Positions 40,089-51,028 of a stretch of 64,000 bases of DNA are shown here, one piece after another (the first letter of the stretch is position 1; the number at the start of each line of letters is the position of its first letter). The notes beneath the pieces are model-generated. The model was not told the DNA's origin, searched no databases, and saw only the letters and a program-made list of their open reading frames with translations. The position numbers and the translations under genes were made by a program. Origin of the DNA: an uncultured delta proteobacterium (GTDB taxonomy: Bacteria > Desulfobacterota > Binatia > UBA9968); assembly GCA_963728565.1 (NCBI GenBank), contig CAVSLC010000001.1:116118-180117 (forward strand), in the 5' to 3' direction.

Positions 40089-42866
40089 CTATCTCCCGGC
40101 ATAATGGGAGGCTTCACGACCGCTTTGAACCGGGCTGATTCGCCGCACCACCGCGGTTCGCTCGTAAGCCTCGACGACATCACCTTGCTTGATGTCCTGA
40201 AACCCTTCGATCGACAGACCGCATTCATAGCCGGCGGACACTTCGCGCACATCATCTTTGAAGCGTTTCAAACTGGCGAGTTTGCCCTCGTGCACGACCA
40301 CATGGTCTCTCAAGATTCGCACTAAATTACCGCGCTGAATCTTGCCCTCGGTGACATAGCAGCCGGCGATGGTGCCGACTCCTTGGATATTGAAAATTTG
40401 CCGGATATCGACTCGACCCTGGGTTTGCTCGCGGAAGGTGGGCTCCAACATGCCCTCCATCGCCGCCCGGACATCGGCCACGGCTTCGTAAATGACCGTA
40501 TAAAGACGCACGTCGACACCTTCCTGCGACGCCAAAGCTTGGCCTTTAGATTCGGGACGGACATTGAAGCCAATCACGATTGCGTTGGAGGCTGCGGCCA
40601 AGAGAATATCGCTCTCGGTAATGCCGCCAACCGAACCATGAAGGACGCGCAACTTTACTTCGGCTGTGGACATGCGCGTCAGCGCATCGGTAAGCGCCTC
40701 AACCGAACCTTGCACATCGGCTTTGACCACCACCCGGAGCTCCTTGACATCACCGGTCTTGATCTGATCGTAAAGTTCTTCCAGCGACACTTTGCTCGAT
40801 TTGACCAGCTCGGTTTCTCGTTGCTTGGTGTGACGATGTTCGGCAACTTGCCTTGCCTTGGACTCGTCGGCCACTGCGATGAAAGAGTCGCCGGCCTGAG
40901 GCACGCCTTGCAGACCGAGGATTTCGACCGGGGAAGAGGGCGGGGCGATTTCAACCTTCTGACCAAGATCGTTGATCATTGCGCGCACTTTCCCATGGAA
41001 CACGCCGCAAACGAACGCATCGCCGATGCGCAGCGTTCCTTCCTGAACCAGCACCGTGGCAACGGGTCCGCGACCGCGGTCCAACTTTGCCTCGACGATC
41101 GTCCCACGCGCCAGCTTGTCGGGATTGGCTCGGAGCTCGAGAATATCCGCTTGCAACAGCAACATTTCCAGCAGGTGCGGAATTCCCTCCTGGGTTTTTG
41201 CCGAGACCGGAGCAAAGACGGTATCGCCGCCCCAGTCTTCCGACACCAGGCCATGTTCGGAAAGTCCCCGCTTCACACGCTCCAGATCTGCGTCTGGCTT
41301 GTCGATCTTGTTGACGGCAACGATAATCGGCACCTCCGCCGCGCGAGCGTGATTGATCGCTTCAACCGTTTGCGGCATGACGCCGTCATCAGCCGCCACA
41401 ACCAGGACAACTATATCGGTGACTTTAGCGCCACGCGCCCGCATCGCAGTAAAGGCTTCGTGACCGGGCGTATCCAAAAATGTGACACTGCGGCCATCAA
41501 CCTGAACGTGGTAGGCGCCGATGTGCTGGGTAATCCCGCCATGTTCCTGGGCCGTGACGTTGGTGCTGCGAATGGCATCGAGCAGCGAGGTTTTGCCGTG
41601 ATCGACATGACCCATAATCGTCACCACAGGAGGGCGTGACACCAGCATCGATTCTTCTTCCACATGCTCGACTTCCAACACACTCTCCGCATCGAAAGCA
41701 ACATTTTCCACCTGATAGTCGAAATCGGCCGCCACCAACGTCGCCGTGTCAACATCCAACACCTGATTGATGCTGGCCATCATGCCAAGACTCATTAATT
41801 TCTTGATCACATCACCGGCCTTGATGCCCATCTCACGCGCCAAATCCCCCACTGTGATAACTTCTGAGATGCGGATGACGCGTTTACTGGCGCGCGGCAC
41901 GGTGATCTCAGTTTTTCGCTGTTCTTTGCCTGGCAGAGCGCGTTTCTTCTTTGGAATGCGCCCGGAGCGGAGCTCTTTCTCGCGAAATTCCAAGACATCT
42001 TGTTTTTTGACGACTCGTTTCTTGTGGCGGCCGGCTTTTGGCTTCTCGGCTTCTCCGGCAGCAGGTTTGGCTGCTTCGCCATCACGCGCCGGCCGTGCTG
42101 CCTCATTGGCGGCTGGCGGAACTCCGGGCGATCCCGGCATCGGACGCCGTGGCGCAGACGGCGCCGCCGGAGCGATCGTGACGGTACGCTTCAAATCGAT
42201 GCGGCCGAGCACTCGCGCGCCGCGCGGCGCTTCCTTCGGTGCCGCAGCTGGCGCTGCCGATGCTTGAGGCGGCGGAGGAGGAGGTGCGGACACTGGCGGT
42301 CGATCGGGTACCGGAACTGGCTGCGCTTGCGTCTCTTCCGCTGAAATCGGCTCCTCGATTTCACCCGGCATCTCTTCCGCTTGTTCCTGATGTGAAACAT
42401 CGCCCTCGGGCACAATCGCGTTTAAAGCCGAATCATCCTCATAGGAAGGCATGGTGGCGGCTAAGTCTTCGAAGTCAGCGCTTGGTTGCGGGATCGGCGC
42501 GGGGACCGCTTCGGCTTGGCTTGAATCGGCCTCATGGGTTTCCGCCTGAACCTCCACTCGACTCGTCCGTCGACGAATCACGTTGGCGCGAACGCGGCGT
42601 TCAACGATGGTCTCGCGCGCCTGGATCTCGCCTAAGCTTTCGTCATCGGCGGTGACAACTCGGTCGGCCACAACCTTCTCTTCGCCGACGTGCACGTGCG
42701 GTTTTTCCTGCGCCGCTAAAGCAGCCCGCACCCGAGTGACTTCCTCATCCTCGAGGGAGCTTTGGGCCTTGCGCCCCCTAATTCCCAAACGCTCGAGTTG
42801 AGCGACCAGATCCTTGGTCTCCATCTCCAACTCTTTTGCCAATAGATGGACTCGCATTTTTCCCAT
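40089..42866 (-). CDS. infB: Translation initiation factor IF-2
   Basis: [42 protein letters not shown]. Confidence 0.98.
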   Translation of the reverse strand: MGKMRVHLLAKELEMETKDLVAQLERLGIRGRKAQSSLEDEEVTRVRAALAAQEKPHVHVGEEKVVADRVVTADDESLGEIQARETIVERRVRANVIRRRTSRVEVQAETHEADSSQAEAVPAPIPQPSADFEDLAATMPSYEDDSALNAIVPEGDVSHQEQAEEMPGEIEEPISAEETQAQPVPVPDRPPVSAPPPPPPQASAAPAAAPKEAPRGARVLGRIDLKRTVTIAPAAPSAPRRPMPGSPGVPPAANEAARPARDGEAAKPAAGEAEKPKAGRHKKRVVKKQDVLEFREKELRSGRIPKKKRALPGKEQRKTEITVPRASKRVIRISEVITVGDLAREMGIKAGDVIKKLMSLGMMASINQVLDVDTATLVAADFDYQVENVAFDAESVLEVEHVEEESMLVSRPPVVTIMGHVDHGKTSLLDAIRSTNVTAQEHGGITQHIGAYHVQVDGRSVTFLDTPGHEAFTAMRARGAKVTDIVVLVVAADDGVMPQTVEAINHARAAEVPIIVAVNKIDKPDADLERVKRGLSEHGLVSEDWGGDTVFAPVSAKTQEGIPHLLEMLLLQADILELRANPDKLARGTIVEAKLDRGRGPVATVLVQEGTLRIGDAFVCGVFHGKVRAMINDLGQKVEIAPPSSPVEILGLQGVPQAGDSFIAVADESKARQVAEHRHTKQRETELVKSSKVSLEELYDQIKTGDVKELRVVVKADVQGSVEALTDALTRMSTAEVKLRVLHGSVGGITESDILLAAASNAIVIGFNVRPESKGQALASQEGVDVRLYTVIYEAVADVRAAMEGMLEPTFREQTQGRVDIRQIFNIQGVGTIAGCYVTEGKIQRGNLVRILRDHVVVHEGKLASLKRFKDDVREVSAGYECGLSIEGFQDIKQGDVVEAYERTAVVRRISPVQSGREASHYAGR

Positions 42867-42869
42867 CTG

Positions 42870-43160
42870 TTACTCCCGATAACCCTCGCTCAAGACCTGA
42901 ATAAGCTTTTGTTTTGCTTCTTTGCTGATGTTCACACGAAATGCCCGGTGCATGTTCTTGCGCCGGAGGAACGCTTGCCAGCAGTCGTGCCGGTGATGAA
43001 GATAACCGCCGCGCCCGTGTCCTGTTGAATCGATGATCAACTCGCCGTCTGCACCAATGATGATACGAATGAGGCTTTTCTGATCGTCCCTAACACCGCA
43101 TCCGAGACACGTTCGCTGGGGACGATGTTCATCCGTTGCCAACCAGCCGTCGATCATCAA
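42870..43160 (-). CDS. ylxR: YlxR (DUF448) RNA-binding protein
   Basis: PQRTCLGC, GRGGYLH; synteny. Confidence 0.9.
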   Translation of the reverse strand: MMIDGWLATDEHRPQRTCLGCGVRDDQKSLIRIIIGADGELIIDSTGHGRGGYLHHRHDCWQAFLRRKNMHRAFRVNISKEAKQKLIQVLSEGYRE

Positions 43161-44524
43161 TCCCTAGTAATTCCTTGCGCCGGTTCGGACGCAACCGCTG
43201 TTTCGTCCGGCGACACAGTCTCAGACGGCGCCGTTTCATGGGTATGCTCAGCCGCGTTGGCCTTCTCTTCCTCTGCTTTCAAGCGCTTTTCGGCGACGTA
43301 TTCCTTAGCCGACTTGTGCAACGATTCAGCTTTTTCTTTGCTGATTCCTTCGACGTCGAGAATGTCCTCGAGCTCGCTTTCCGCAATTTCCTCGGCCGAT
43401 TTGAACCCGGCTTGATAGAGTAGCTCAGCAGCGAAATCGTTGATGCCGGGTATCGCGCCGATGGACATACGCGCACGGCGCGTCTCTTCTTCGGCCTCCG
43501 CTTCGCTGCGAACATCGATGCGCCAGCCGGTCAGACGCGCGGCCAACCGGACATTTTGCCCCTTTTTGCCAATGGCCAACGACAGCTGATCGTCCGGGAC
43601 AATCACCTCCATGCTGTGCTCGTCGTCGTCGATAATGATCTTGGATACCTTGGCCGGCGCCAAAGCTCGGCAAACATATTCCGCTTGGTCCGGTATCCAG
43701 TGCACGATGTCGATCTTTTCGCCGCGCAGCTCTTGAACAACCGCCTGAACACGAGTGCCTTTCATGCCAACGCAGGCGCCGACCGGATCGACGTCCGAAT
43801 CATTGGAAATTACGGCGATCTTTGCTCTGCCGCCCGGTTCACGCGCGGCCCCTTTGACTTCAACAATACCCTCGTAAATCTCCGGTACTTCCTGAGCGAA
43901 CAGTTGGATCAACATGCCCGGATGGGTGCGCGACAAAACAATTTGCGGCCCCCGGCTGGTAATCTCCACACTGACGATATAGGCGCGGATCCGATCACCC
44001 TGCCGATAACGCTCCCGCGGAACCTGTTCCTTCTCGGGCAGTATCGCGTCGGTGCGCCCTAAATTGACGATGATATTGCGGCGCTCGAACCGTTGCACGA
44101 TGCCGTTGACGAGCTGCCCTTCGCGGCCTTTGAACTCGTTGTAGATAATTTCGCGCTCGGCATCGCGCACACGTTGGACGATATTTTGTTTGGCTGCCTG
44201 AGCGGCAATGCGGCCGAACATGCTGGAATCCAGCTTACACAGCAGCTCATCGCCAATCTCAGCATCCGGATCCAAGCTCTCTTTGGCCTCGTTCAAGGTC
44301 ACTTCAACCGCGGCGTCGGTAACACTCTCCACCACCGTTTTGGCTTCGAAAAGCTCCACTTCGCCAATTTCCGGATTAAACTGGGCTTCGATCTTGCGCT
44401 GATGACCGAATGTTTTCTTGGCGGCGGAAACCATCGCAGTTTCCAAGGCGGCGATCAGGATCGACTTGTCGATCCCCTTTTCTTTGCTTACCTGCTCGAT
44501 AACCCGGTTTAGATCCTGCTGCAT
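43157..44524 (-). CDS. nusA: Transcription termination/antitermination factor NusA
   Basis: FGRIAAQAAKQ, AREPG.RAK, DPVGACVG, AIGKKGQNVRLA. Confidence 0.98.
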   Translation of the reverse strand: MQQDLNRVIEQVSKEKGIDKSILIAALETAMVSAAKKTFGHQRKIEAQFNPEIGEVELFEAKTVVESVTDAAVEVTLNEAKESLDPDAEIGDELLCKLDSSMFGRIAAQAAKQNIVQRVRDAEREIIYNEFKGREGQLVNGIVQRFERRNIIVNLGRTDAILPEKEQVPRERYRQGDRIRAYIVSVEITSRGPQIVLSRTHPGMLIQLFAQEVPEIYEGIVEVKGAAREPGGRAKIAVISNDSDVDPVGACVGMKGTRVQAVVQELRGEKIDIVHWIPDQAEYVCRALAPAKVSKIIIDDDEHSMEVIVPDDQLSLAIGKKGQNVRLAARLTGWRIDVRSEAEAEEETRRARMSIGAIPGINDFAAELLYQAGFKSAEEIAESELEDILDVEGISKEKAESLHKSAKEYVAEKRLKAEEEKANAAEHTHETAPSETVSPDETAVASEPAQGITRD

Positions 44525-44998
44525 TTACGCGCTCCAATCGTGCTCGTAATTCGATTTTTCAATCATCGAAAACGGAATTTCGTACTGTTTGCCTTCGACC
44601 TCAACTTTAATCTTTTCGTCGGTAATCTCGCTGAGAATTCCTAAGAAAGATCGCCGTCCGTCGATCATATCGCCGGTTCGAACACGCACACGCTTGCCCA
44701 TGAATCGTCGAAAGTGCTCCGGCTTTTTAAGGGGACGGTTGATGCCCGGCGAGGATACTTCCAGGGTGTAGGATCCCTCTACAATGTCATGAGTGTCGAG
44801 AAGCTCGCTCAGTTGCCGGCTGACCCGCCCCAGCTCGTCGATGTTGGGACCGCCGTCTTTATCGAGGTAAAGCCGTAGAACTCGTCCGCCTCGGCTACCT
44901 TCGCGCCGGAGTTCTACGTCGACGACTTCCATCCCTTCACCGTCCGCAATCTGGGTTGCAACTTCCCATATTCGCGAGACGGTTCGATCTATTACCAT
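44525..44998 (-). CDS. rimP: Ribosome maturation factor RimP
   Basis: VLRLYLDK, YTLEVSSPGINRPL. Confidence 0.95.
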   Translation of the reverse strand: MVIDRTVSRIWEVATQIADGEGMEVVDVELRREGSRGGRVLRLYLDKDGGPNIDELGRVSRQLSELLDTHDIVEGSYTLEVSSPGINRPLKKPEHFRRFMGKRVRVRTGDMIDGRRSFLGILSEITDEKIKVEVEGKQYEIPFSMIEKSNYEHDWSA

Positions 44999-45009
44999 AG
45001 CCCAGAAAC

Positions 45010-45033
45010 AAAAAAAGCGGGCAGAGCCCACTT
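45010..45033 (-). promoter_or_regulatory. rimP leader attenuator (terminator hairpin)
   Basis: AGTGGGC-TCT-GCCCGC-TTTTTTT just upstream of the rimP start. Confidence 0.85.
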
Positions 45034-45060
45034 CGAGTCGCAACTCCAAAAGTGTAGTTT

Positions 45061-45090
45061 TTTCTACCACGGAGCCGCTCGTTAATGCAA
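45061..45090 (-). promoter_or_regulatory. Putative sigma70 promoter of the rimP operon
   Basis: TTGCAT-18 nt (ending TGn)-TAGAAA. Confidence 0.5.
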
Positions 45091-45111
45091 GCCCTACGGG
45101 CGCCGTAACGG

Positions 45112-45139
45112 TTGCCTAATAGGGTTTATTTGCTATGCT
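45112..45139 (+). promoter_or_regulatory. Putative sigma70 promoter of ntrBC
   Basis: TTGCCT-16 nt (ending TGn)-TATGCT. Confidence 0.5.
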
Positions 45140-45163
45140 TTTCCACGCCCGCCAATCCACGTC

Positions 45164-46273
45164 ATGAAAACAATCAAGCCCCTGTCCGCTCCCCTTGAAG
45201 GACAGATCTCATGGGAGCAGATTCTATCCAGCGTTGAAGACGGGGTAATTACCCTGGATCGCAGCGGCAAAGTCTCTTTCTTCAATGAGGCGGCGGAAAT
45301 GCTCACCGATCTGGCGGCGTCGCGGGCTATGAGCTTGTCATTTCTACGGATCTTTCGCAAAGAAACTTGGCTGGCGGAATTGATCAAAAAGAGTTTTCCA
45401 CCCATGCAGGAAAGCGCCAGAGGCGAAGGCGATCTCGTATCGCGTTGGGGGAGAAAGGTGCCGGTAGGCGTTACCGTGTCTCCGCTTCTGGAGCCCGATG
45501 GCAGCTGCCTTGGCAGCATCCTGCTGGTGCGCAATCTAACCCATCACAAGGAACTGGAAGAAGATCTCAAGCGCGCAGACCGTCTAGCGATGGTTGGCAC
45601 TTTGGCCGCGGGATTGGCGCACGAGATTCGCAATCCGCTCGGCGGCATCAAAGGCGCCGCGCAGTTATTGCGCCGTTCTTTGGATCCCGACTCCTCACTG
45701 CTCGAATACACCAACATCATGAATCGGGAGGTTGACCGCGTTAACCTCCTGATCGAGCAACTGCTCGATCTATCGCGGCCGGCAAAACTGGAGATCGTTC
45801 CAATAAACATCCACCAAGTTCTGGAAGAGGTTCTCGCGCTGGAGCTGAAAACGCAGGCCGGAGCAACTGTCGATGTCAAAAAACGCTTCGATCCAAGTCT
45901 GCCGCCGATTCGCGGCGATCGGAATCGGCTCACGCAAGTTTTTTTAAATCTGGTGAAGAATGGCTGTCAAGCGATGAACGCCTCGGGGACTTTGACGATT
46001 ACAACACGTCTGGAAACCGATAGACATGTTCGCGGCCAGGGCGCCGGACGGAGTAGGTTTATCTGGGTGGAAATTGCAGACCACGGAGTTGGCATCAAGG
46101 ACGAAGACCTGCTGCATATTTTTTCGCCGTTCTTCACCACCAAAAACAGCGGCACTGGCCTTGGACTCGCCGTTTGTTATTGGATTATAAAAGAACACGG
46201 CGGGATTATCCGAGTCGAAAGCGTCGAGGGAAAAGGATCCACTTTCAAAGTCTCTTTAATGGTAGCGGATTAG
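45164..46273 (+). CDS. ntrB: PAS-domain histidine kinase, NtrB/GlnL-like
   Basis: AAGLAHEIRNPLGGIKGAAQLL, QVFLNLVKNG, FSPFFTTK..GTGLGL. Confidence 0.82.
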   Translation: MKTIKPLSAPLEGQISWEQILSSVEDGVITLDRSGKVSFFNEAAEMLTDLAASRAMSLSFLRIFRKETWLAELIKKSFPPMQESARGEGDLVSRWGRKVPVGVTVSPLLEPDGSCLGSILLVRNLTHHKELEEDLKRADRLAMVGTLAAGLAHEIRNPLGGIKGAAQLLRRSLDPDSSLLEYTNIMNREVDRVNLLIEQLLDLSRPAKLEIVPINIHQVLEEVLALELKTQAGATVDVKKRFDPSLPPIRGDRNRLTQVFLNLVKNGCQAMNASGTLTITTRLETDRHVRGQGAGRSRFIWVEIADHGVGIKDEDLLHIFSPFFTTKNSGTGLGLAVCYWIIKEHGGIIRVESVEGKGSTFKVSLMVAD

Positions 46274-46274
46274 C

Positions 46275-47720
46275 ATGGACCAAGGGAAGATTCTGGTTGC
46301 GGAAGACGAAGAGTCGCTTCGCTTCGTCTTGAAGAAAGCGCTCGAGGAGGAAGGTTACTGGGTCCAGACCGCGGTAGATGGATCGGGCGCGCGGCAATCT
46401 CTTAGCGACTGCAATTTCGATGTCGCGCTTTTGGACATAAAGCTGCCTGACGTTGATGGATTGACTGTGCTCAAGAAGAGCAAAGACGACGGCATCGACA
46501 CGGCTATGATTATCATGACCGCGCAAAGCAGCATGCGGAATGCCATCGGCGCGATGAAAAGCGGCGCCTTCGATTACATCACCAAACCGTTTGATCTCGA
46601 CGAGGTTCTGGTCTTGGTCAAACGCGCGGTGGATAGCCGCAAGCTCACCCGTGATTTCCGCGAGCTCAAGGAAGAAGTGAAAAAGCGCTTCGAACCCGGC
46701 GTTAATATCATCGGCACCAGCTCGAGCATGCAACGGGTTTACAAAATCATTGGCCAGGTTGTCGATAACCAGGCGACGATCTTGATCCAAGGCGAAAGTG
46801 GCAGCGGTAAAGAACTCGTCGCCAAAACAATCCACTACAATTCGCCGCGTTGGAATCAGCCATTTATCCCGATCAACTGCGCCGCGATTCCTCGTGATCT
46901 CTTGGAAAGCGAGCTCTTCGGCCACGAGCGCGGCGCTTTTACCGGGGCTCTCGATAGACGGATCGGCAAGTTCGAGCTGGCTCAGGGCGGCACTCTGTTT
47001 CTCGATGAGGTCGGAGATATTCCACTTGAACTCCAGACCAAGCTACTGCGCGTTTTACAGGACCGCGAGTACAGCCGGATCGGCGGGCGCGAGGTACTGA
47101 AGGCCGACGTCCGCATTCTTGCCGCAACCAATCAAGACCTGGACAAGGCGGTTCATGACAGGCGCTTCCGAGAGGACCTCTATTTCCGCTTGAAGGTTAT
47201 TCCCATTTACCTGCCGGCTCTGCGAGAGCGTCGCGGCGATATTTCGCTTTTGATCGGCTATTTCGTCGAGAAAATAAATCGCGAGATGGGCATTCAAGTT
47301 TCCGGGGTTTCGCCTGAGGCGTTACGGCTCTTGGAAGAACATTCGTGGCCCGGCAACGTCCGTGAGTTGGAAAATACCCTGATTCGCGCTGCCGTACTGT
47401 CGTCGGGCCCGATTTTATTTCCCAAAGACTTCAATTTACAAAACCAGCAGTCTGCGGCGACCCCGGAAATCGATCAGCTTTCGCTCGAGGAAGTCTTCCG
47501 ACACAAACTGGAGGACTACTTCCGCCGGACTGAAGGAGTAGAGGTAGACAACCTCTATCCGTTGGTGATCGAGCGCATCGAGCGCCCGCTGATCGAACTG
47601 ACCCTCAAGAAAACCCGCGGCAATCAAATTCGCGCCGCCCAGATTCTCGGCATCAATCGAAATACCTTGCGTAAAAAGATCACTGATCTGCGCATCGAGC
47701 TAAAAAAAGAGAGTTCTTGA
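46275..47720 (+). CDS. ntrC: Sigma54-dependent response regulator, NtrC/GlnG-like
   Basis: REC domain; [51 protein letters not shown]. Confidence 0.82.
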   Translation: MDQGKILVAEDEESLRFVLKKALEEEGYWVQTAVDGSGARQSLSDCNFDVALLDIKLPDVDGLTVLKKSKDDGIDTAMIIMTAQSSMRNAIGAMKSGAFDYITKPFDLDEVLVLVKRAVDSRKLTRDFRELKEEVKKRFEPGVNIIGTSSSMQRVYKIIGQVVDNQATILIQGESGSGKELVAKTIHYNSPRWNQPFIPINCAAIPRDLLESELFGHERGAFTGALDRRIGKFELAQGGTLFLDEVGDIPLELQTKLLRVLQDREYSRIGGREVLKADVRILAATNQDLDKAVHDRRFREDLYFRLKVIPIYLPALRERRGDISLLIGYFVEKINREMGIQVSGVSPEALRLLEEHSWPGNVRELENTLIRAAVLSSGPILFPKDFNLQNQQSAATPEIDQLSLEEVFRHKLEDYFRRTEGVEVDNLYPLVIERIERPLIELTLKKTRGNQIRAAQILGINRNTLRKKITDLRIELKKESS

Positions 47721-47721
47721 C

Positions 47722-48357
47722 GTGATCTTGCAGAAAGCCCAGCGGGTGACGCTACCGGCGCTGTATGCGATCCTTGACCCCGAGCAAATTGATACTCGCT
47801 CGCCCGAAAGCGTTGTGGCGCAGCTGCTGCAGGGAGGCGCCAAGATGATTCAGTTGCGCGCTAAAGCAATGTCATCGAGAGACTTCCTTCACCTCGCGCA
47901 AAGAGCGCGCGAGCTGACGATCACCTACGATTGCAAATTGATCGTCAATGACCGCATCGATATAGCGCTGGGTAGCGCGGCCGACGGAGTTCATCTCGGT
48001 CAGGAAGATTTGCCCCTACAGGTCGGCAGAAAATTGTTGGGCGACCGGCTCATCGGCATTTCGACGCACAGTCTCGAGCAGGCGAAAGAAGCGGAAGCAA
48101 ACGGCGCAGATTACATAGGATTTGGGCCGATATTTGGCACGGCTACGAAAAACACCGGCTACACGGCGCGCGGTCTGGAGATGCTGGCGCGGACCAGAGC
48201 GGCAGTTGCTTTACCGATTGTCGCCATCGGCGGGATTTCGGAAGCAAACATTCAAAATGTTTGGCAGGCCGGCGCTGACTCAGCGGCGATTATCAGCGAT
48301 ATTTTAAAAGCCGATGAGGTCGCAGCCAAGGTAAGCGCAATCCTGGCGCGCCGTTGA
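47722..48357 (+). CDS. thiE: Thiamine-phosphate synthase
   Basis: QLRAK, VNDRID, GVHLGQED, STH, GPIFGTATK, AIGGI. Confidence 0.95.
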   Translation: MILQKAQRVTLPALYAILDPEQIDTRSPESVVAQLLQGGAKMIQLRAKAMSSRDFLHLAQRARELTITYDCKLIVNDRIDIALGSAADGVHLGQEDLPLQVGRKLLGDRLIGISTHSLEQAKEAEANGADYIGFGPIFGTATKNTGYTARGLEMLARTRAAVALPIVAIGGISEANIQNVWQAGADSAAIISDILKADEVAAKVSAILARR

Positions 48358-48380
48358 GCTCGAGTACCGCCGTAAATGAT

Positions 48381-48854
48381 ATGAACAAGAGCAGTTTTCA
48401 TCAGCCGCCGGAGAATCGTTACTTCGAAGATTACATCCCCGGAGCCGTGCATGAGTTTGGCTCGATCCTTGTCGACGAGGAGGAAGTCCTCGACTTCGGC
48501 AAACGCTATGTGCCGTTGTCCTATCATATCGACAAAGAAGCGGCGCAGAAGAGCATCTATGGCGGCCTGATCGCGAGCGGCTGGCACACCGCCGCGCTGA
48601 TGATGCGCCTCTATACCGACAACTACCTGTCAAAAATAGCCAATTTGGGTTCGCCGGGATGCGAAGCATTACGCTGGGAAAAACCCGTTTTTCCCGGCGA
48701 CCGGCTGTCAGTTCGGGTGACGGTTTTAGAAGCCCGCATTTCACAGTCCAAGCCGGATCGCGGCATCATTCGGTCGTCTGTCGAAGTTCTCAATCAGAAA
48801 GGCGACGTCGCCATGAGCCTCGAAATGGTCAACTTCGTGCGAACTCGAAATTGA
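48381..48854 (+). CDS. MaoC family dehydratase
   Basis: YFEDY, YHID..AA..S.YGGLIASGWHT, KPVFPGD. Confidence 0.88.
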   Translation: MNKSSFHQPPENRYFEDYIPGAVHEFGSILVDEEEVLDFGKRYVPLSYHIDKEAAQKSIYGGLIASGWHTAALMMRLYTDNYLSKIANLGSPGCEALRWEKPVFPGDRLSVRVTVLEARISQSKPDRGIIRSSVEVLNQKGDVAMSLEMVNFVRTRN

Positions 48855-48882
48855 GTCTCAATGCGCCGTTCCAGAAATTGGC

Positions 48883-50259
48883 CTACGCTTCTTCGGCCTC
48901 GTCATAGTAGTCGTCATCTCTCCCCGTATAATTTTCAAAACGCGTGAACTCACTGAGGAAGGTTAAATTGATGGTATCAATAGGACCGTTTCTCTGTTTG
49001 GCGACGATGACTTCCGCCACGCCCTTCTTGCTCTCGTCGGATTTGTTGTAAACCTCGTCCCGGTAGATAAACATAATCACATCCGCGTCCTGCTCTATGG
49101 CGCCGGATTCGCGCAGATCGGACATCATCGGCCTGCGGTCGCCGCGGTCTTCAACGCGGCGATTGAGTTGAGATAGAGCCATTACCGGCACGTTCAACTC
49201 TTTGGCCAATGCTTTCAAAGATCGCGAGATTTCTGAAATTTCCTGTTCCCGGTTATTGGCCGCGCCCATTCCTCGCATCAGTTGCAAGTAATCGACAACG
49301 ATCAGCCCGATCTTCTTCGAACGATCGCGTACCAGGCGCCTGGCCTTGGCGCGCAGCTCAAGAACCGAGATGGCCGGAGTATCGTCGATGTAAATGGGCG
49401 CCTCGTGCAGGCGTCCGGCCGCTTTGGCCAGCTGCGGAAAGTCGCGTTCGCCTAAATATCCCGATCGAACTTTTGAGCTGTTGACATGAGCTTCCGAACA
49501 GAGCATCCGCAGCACCAGTTGCTCTTTGGCCATTTCCAGTGAGAACACCGCGGCCCCCACTCCGGTGTAGGCCGCGTTGGTGGCGATATTCAGAGCAAAT
49601 GCCGTTTTCCCCATGCCGGGGCGGCCTGCCACGATGACTAAATCAGCCGGTTGCAGACCGGCGGTTAATTTGTCCAGGTCTTCGTAACCGGTTGGAACGC
49701 CGGTGACCATTTCCTTGCGCTCATACAGCTTCTCAACTGTCTTGAGCGTGTCTTTGATCATGTCTCCCACTGATACGAAGGAAGCCTTGATCTTCTTTTC
49801 TGAAATGTCGAAGATCACTTTTTCGGCGGTGTCGAGAAATTCCTCGACGTTGCCCTGTTCTTCGTAACCTCGAGTCGCTATCTCGGTGGCGGCGCCGATC
49901 AAGCTGCGCAGGATCGCCTTCTCTCGGACGATGCGAGCATAGTACGAGATATTAGCGGCGGTAGGCACAAAATCCGCGAGGGATGCCAGGTAAGAAGTCC
50001 CACCCACCGCTTCGAGCTCGTTTCTGCCTTTGAGAAAATCACTGAGCGTGATCAGGTCCACCGGCTCGTTGCGGTCAAGAAGCTCGATCATGGCGCGGAA
50101 GATTTTGCGATGTGATTCGCGGTAAAAGTCTTCGGGCCGCAAAACTTCCAACACCACATTGATGGCATCGTTTTCGAGCAGAATTCCGCCGAGAACCGAC
50201 GATTCGGCTTCAAGATTCTGCGGTGGAACCTTCCGTAGGTTGTCTTCTAAAGCTGCCAT
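48883..50259 (-). CDS. dnaB: Replicative DNA helicase
   Basis: PPQNLEAE, AGRPGMGKT, SLEM, VDYLQL, SQLNR, DLRESGAIEQDAD, KQRNGP; no intein. Confidence 0.98.
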   Translation of the reverse strand: MAALEDNLRKVPPQNLEAESSVLGGILLENDAINVVLEVLRPEDFYRESHRKIFRAMIELLDRNEPVDLITLSDFLKGRNELEAVGGTSYLASLADFVPTAANISYYARIVREKAILRSLIGAATEIATRGYEEQGNVEEFLDTAEKVIFDISEKKIKASFVSVGDMIKDTLKTVEKLYERKEMVTGVPTGYEDLDKLTAGLQPADLVIVAGRPGMGKTAFALNIATNAAYTGVGAAVFSLEMAKEQLVLRMLCSEAHVNSSKVRSGYLGERDFPQLAKAAGRLHEAPIYIDDTPAISVLELRAKARRLVRDRSKKIGLIVVDYLQLMRGMGAANNREQEISEISRSLKALAKELNVPVMALSQLNRRVEDRGDRRPMMSDLRESGAIEQDADVIMFIYRDEVYNKSDESKKGVAEVIVAKQRNGPIDTINLTFLSEFTRFENYTGRDDDYYDEAEEA

Positions 50260-50396
50260 GAAAGCCGGTGAGAGAAATCCAACGCGATAGTGTGTTTCGA
50301 AAAATGTTTTTGAATTTGAACCCAACCCCAGTCAAAAAGCAAGAAAAATTTCGCCTCATCGCGAGATTATTCAGCGCGAGTTCTGCGCCAGAGAAT

Positions 50397-50483
50397 TGTT
50401 GAAAACAAATGATCTGGCAATTCTGAATCCGAGGCAACTAGTTGTGCGCCGCCGTGAACACCTTGTGCACACGCTTATCAACA
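50397..50483. promoter_or_regulatory. Cluster of DnaA-box-like 9-mers upstream of dnaB
   Basis: TGTTGAAAA (50397), TTGTGCACA (50463) and TTATCAACA (50475) each match TTWTNCACA with one mismatch. Confidence 0.5.
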
Positions 50484-50550
50484 GCGGGCTGCGCATCGCG
50501 AATTTTTTTTACGTGCGCCAAACTGTGCCGGTTGGCGAATGACACGAACG

Positions 50551-50907
50551 CTAGAGCGACGGGTAAGCAGCCGTCACAGTAGTGTGAATGCCGCCGCGAA
50601 CATTGAAATCGCCGACGACGACGATCTTTCGCGGCCGGCATGCTTCGACAAAATCATCGAGGATTCGGTTGATGACGTCTTCGTGAAATGCGCCTTCAGC
50701 GCGATAAGACCACAGATAGAGTTTTAGAGACTTGAGTTCCACGCAAAGCTGATCGGGTATGTAGCGGATTCGGATGGTCGCGAAATCCGGCTGACCGGTG
50801 CGCGGGCAGACGCAAGTAAACTCCGGGGCTTCCATATTGATTTCATAGTCGCGCTCCGGGTGCGGGTTGGGAAAGGTTTCTAATCGTTTGCTTGGAACAG
50901 TCGGCAT
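50551..50907 (-). CDS. queF: preQ0 (7-cyano-7-deazaguanine) reductase, type I
   Basis: [34 protein letters not shown]. Confidence 0.96.
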   Translation of the reverse strand: MPTVPSKRLETFPNPHPERDYEINMEAPEFTCVCPRTGQPDFATIRIRYIPDQLCVELKSLKLYLWSYRAEGAFHEDVINRILDDFVEACRPRKIVVVGDFNVRGGIHTTVTAAYPSL

Positions 50908-51028
50908 GCACGCATCCTAGCGCACGGTTATAGGCTTTGCCAATTCACCAGAAATATTGACACTGTCGATAGCCGATGATAAACGCGCCATAGATCCGAA
51001 TCAGCAGACCTGTTTAAGAGGTAGCACC

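Noticed and set aside
40383-41639. Long plus-strand ORF of 418 aa and similar shadow ORFs (17952-18752, 20320-21171, 52074-53006)
   Set aside because: Antisense to well-conserved genes; expected in GC-rich coding DNA; no motifs.
42060-42540. Pro/Ala-rich low-complexity stretch in infB
   Set aside because: Normal variable IF-2 N-terminal linker; not a repeat array or insertion element.
50908-50960. preQ1 riboswitch upstream of queF
   Set aside because: No recognisable preQ1 stem or A-rich tail.
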